A stretch of DNA of 64,000 nucleotides, from positions 6,143 through 70,142 of the forward strand of contig JAVHVY010000376.1 in assembly GCA_032160305.1 (NCBI GenBank), read 5' to 3'. Below, piece by piece: positions 62,278 through 64,000 of the stretch. A program made the position numbers and the translations under genes. This stretch comes from Actinoplanes sp. (lineage in GTDB: Bacteria; Actinomycetota; Actinomycetes; Mycobacteriales; Micromonosporaceae). The notes under the pieces are model-generated. The model saw nothing but the letters and a program-made list of their open reading frames with translations, did no database searches and was not told where the DNA came from. How positions within the stretch are numbered: the first letter of the stretch is position 1; each line of letters opens with the position of its first letter.

Positions 62278-63204
62278 GTGGCACGTACCGGAAGGTGGAT
62301 CCTGGCCGTGGCGGCAGTGGGGATTCTGGGTGGCGCGGGTCTGGTGGCGGTGGGCATGACCGGCGCCGACGGCGGGCACATTCCCTTCCTCCCCCAGGCC
62401 GTCAGCGACAACCTGGCGCCGTCCGCCGGCCCGACGGCGACGGCGCCGGCCGGCCCGAGCCCCCGGGAACTGGCCGACCGGAAGCGCGCAGCCCAGGTGC
62501 AGGCCCTCGACGCCGCGCTGGAGAAGTACGCGGCGACCGCCCCGGAGTTCTCGGTCGCCGTGCTCGACAGGAAGACCGGCCGGCGCTATTCGTTCCGCGG
62601 CGGCGAGACGTACGAAACCGCCAGCGTGTTCAAGGTCCAGGTGCTCGCCTGCCTGCTGCTCACCGCGCAGGATCAGGGCCGCGACCTGACCTCCACGGAG
62701 CTCAGCCTGGCCAAGCGAATGATCACGCAAAGTGATAACGACGCCACTACAGCCCTGTTCTCCCGGCTCGGTCGCGCGCCGGCGATCACCCGGTGCAACA
62801 AGCGCATCGGGCTGACCTCGACCCGGGTCAGCCCCTCGTGGGGCCTGACCCGCACGACGGCCGACGACCAGGTCACGCTGCTCGCCGAGCTGGCCGACAC
62901 GAAGGGCCCGCTGGACGCGGAATCGCGCGATCTCGCCGACGATCTGATGAGTTCGGTGGACGACGACCAGGACTGGGGTGTCCCGGTCGTCGCCCGGGCC
63001 GGCGAGCACACCACGGTGAAGAACGGCTGGCTGCCCCGGTCGCCCGAGGGCAACCGCTGGATCATCAACACGGTCGGCCGGGTCACCGGCCGCGACACGG
63101 ACGTCTTGATCGCCGTCCTGTCGCACAACCACGCGAGCATGTCCGGCGGCATCGGCGTGGTCGAGAAACTGGCCAAGCAGACCCGGCAGTATCTCAGGTA
63201 CTGA
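62278..63204 (+). CDS. Membrane-anchored/secreted serine hydrolase, class A beta-lactamase-like fold
   Basis: SxxK (ASVFK), SDN, KNG in place of KTG; GTG 62278 followed by a hydrophobic anchor. Confidence 0.82.
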   Translation: MARTGRWILAVAAVGILGGAGLVAVGMTGADGGHIPFLPQAVSDNLAPSAGPTATAPAGPSPRELADRKRAAQVQALDAALEKYAATAPEFSVAVLDRKTGRRYSFRGGETYETASVFKVQVLACLLLTAQDQGRDLTSTELSLAKRMITQSDNDATTALFSRLGRAPAITRCNKRIGLTSTRVSPSWGLTRTTADDQVTLLAELADTKGPLDAESRDLADDLMSSVDDDQDWGVPVVARAGEHTTVKNGWLPRSPEGNRWIINTVGRVTGRDTDVLIAVLSHNHASMSGGIGVVEKLAKQTRQYLRY

Positions 63205-63250
63205 CAGAGATCGTGCCGCGGCCGTGTCCACCGGCCCGGCGCAGCGAATA

Positions 63251-63841
63251 CTAGGCGGTCTCGGGCTCGTCACGGGTTTCCAGGCGGGCCGTCCGGCGTC
63301 TGTTCCACCAGCTGACCGCCTGGCCGACCAGCACGACCAGGGCGATCGCGGCGACCACGCCCTCCCAGGGCTCGGCGAAGATCGAGCCGCCGGCCACCCC
63401 GATCCCGGCGTAGACGACCGCCCAGAGCGTGCAGGCCGGGGCGTTGGCGATCACAAAGGTGCGCCAGCTCAGCCCGAGGAAAGCGGCGGCGAGCAGCACC
63501 GGCACCCGGCCGCCGGGCAGTAGTCGGGAGACGAGCAGCACCGGGATCTGACTCCTGTGCAGGCGTTCCTTGACCGCGGCCAGGTGCTCCTCGTCGCGCA
63601 GCCAGCGCAGCCGCCGGGCCAGCGGCTCCCCGCCGGCCCGGCAGGCCGCATACATGACCAGGTCGCCGAGGTAGGCACCGGCCGCACCGGCGGCGATCAC
63701 CAGGAGGATGGTCAGCGGGTTGGTGCTCAGTGCCAGAGCCGCCGCGCCGCTGACCGCCGCGCCGGTCGGCACGATCGGGATGATCGCCCCGAACGCCACG
63801 ACCAGTAGCAGCCAGCCGATCGTCTGCAGTTCGGCGGTCAC
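63251..63841 (-). CDS. DedA/VTT family membrane protein
   Basis: GAYLGDLVMY, LLVSRLLPGGR, AAFLGLSWRTF; GTGA overlap with the upstream gene. Confidence 0.85.
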   Translation of the reverse strand: MTAELQTIGWLLLVVAFGAIIPIVPTGAAVSGAAALALSTNPLTILLVIAAGAAGAYLGDLVMYAACRAGGEPLARRLRWLRDEEHLAAVKERLHRSQIPVLLVSRLLPGGRVPVLLAAAFLGLSWRTFVIANAPACTLWAVVYAGIGVAGGSIFAEPWEGVVAAIALVVLVGQAVSWWNRRRTARLETRDEPETA

Positions 63842-64000
63842 GCGCCGGGCCCGATCGCCAGCGACTCACCGTGGGCCAGCACCCGGACCCGCGAGTCGGG
63901 TGCGGTGCGCTCGGCGATCCGCGCGAACTCGTTGCCGGGGCCGGAGAACAGGTGTTTCCGTACGCCGGACAGACCGACCGGCCAGAACGTGCCGTAATGC
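63838..64000 (-). CDS. MBL-fold metallohydrolase, C-terminal part (starts beyond the window)
   Basis: Manual translation HYGTFWPVGLSGVRKHLFSGPGNEFARIAERTAPDSRVRVLAHGESLAIGPGA*; HYGTF is typical of this fold. Confidence 0.7.
   Translation of the reverse strand, partial: HYGTFWPVGLSGVRKHLFSGPGNEFARIAERTAPDSRVRVLAHGESLAIGPGA

Noticed and set aside
1-64000. Prophage, IS element, integrase, tRNA/rRNA or defence island
   Set aside because: No recognisable motifs and no large composition shift seen by eye. tRNAscan and HMM searches were not run.

Overview
A GC-rich actinobacterial chromosomal segment. Gene content and style suggest Micromonosporaceae (Actinoplanes-like); this is inference, no database search was run. 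I found no rRNA, tRNA, CRISPR array or transposase. Contents in order: partial TetR; secreted GH78 rhamnosidase with two CBM67-like modules; regulator-modABC operon; HTH-less LAL-like fragment; Bcr/CflA exporter; two tandem S1 protease-ricin paralogs; cold-shock protein; methyltransferase; an operon of NAD kinase-GNAT fusion, UBP-type Zn finger, receiver-thioredoxin-reductase-like fusion lacking CxxC, and cNMP-domain histidine kinase; DinB; a three-gene peptide-ligase locus (YbdK-like ligase fused to circularly permuted ATP-grasp, NAGGN-type amidotransferase, S9 peptidase); YchJ; tdo-kynU-amidohydrolase; GH64; MFS; GT4/GT4/six-hairpin-like/GH130 cluster with divergent GH13; SGNH hydrolase; STAND-LuxR; divergent ECF sigma; PGRP-like amidase; GGDEF-EAL; MocA-like protein; flavin oxidoreductases; cupin; orphan winged-helix regulator; P450; output-less CHASE protein; serine hydrolase; DedA; partial MBL-fold protein. 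The best candidates for undescribed biology are the peptide-ligase/amidotransferase/peptidase locus (20742-27008), the redox-signalling operon (14515-19192), MIRU-like translationally coupled mini-ORF inserts (37494-37616, 17650-17724) and a possible non-orthologous kynurenine formamidase (30020-31009). Start codons were adjusted by hand from the ORF track and are best estimates.
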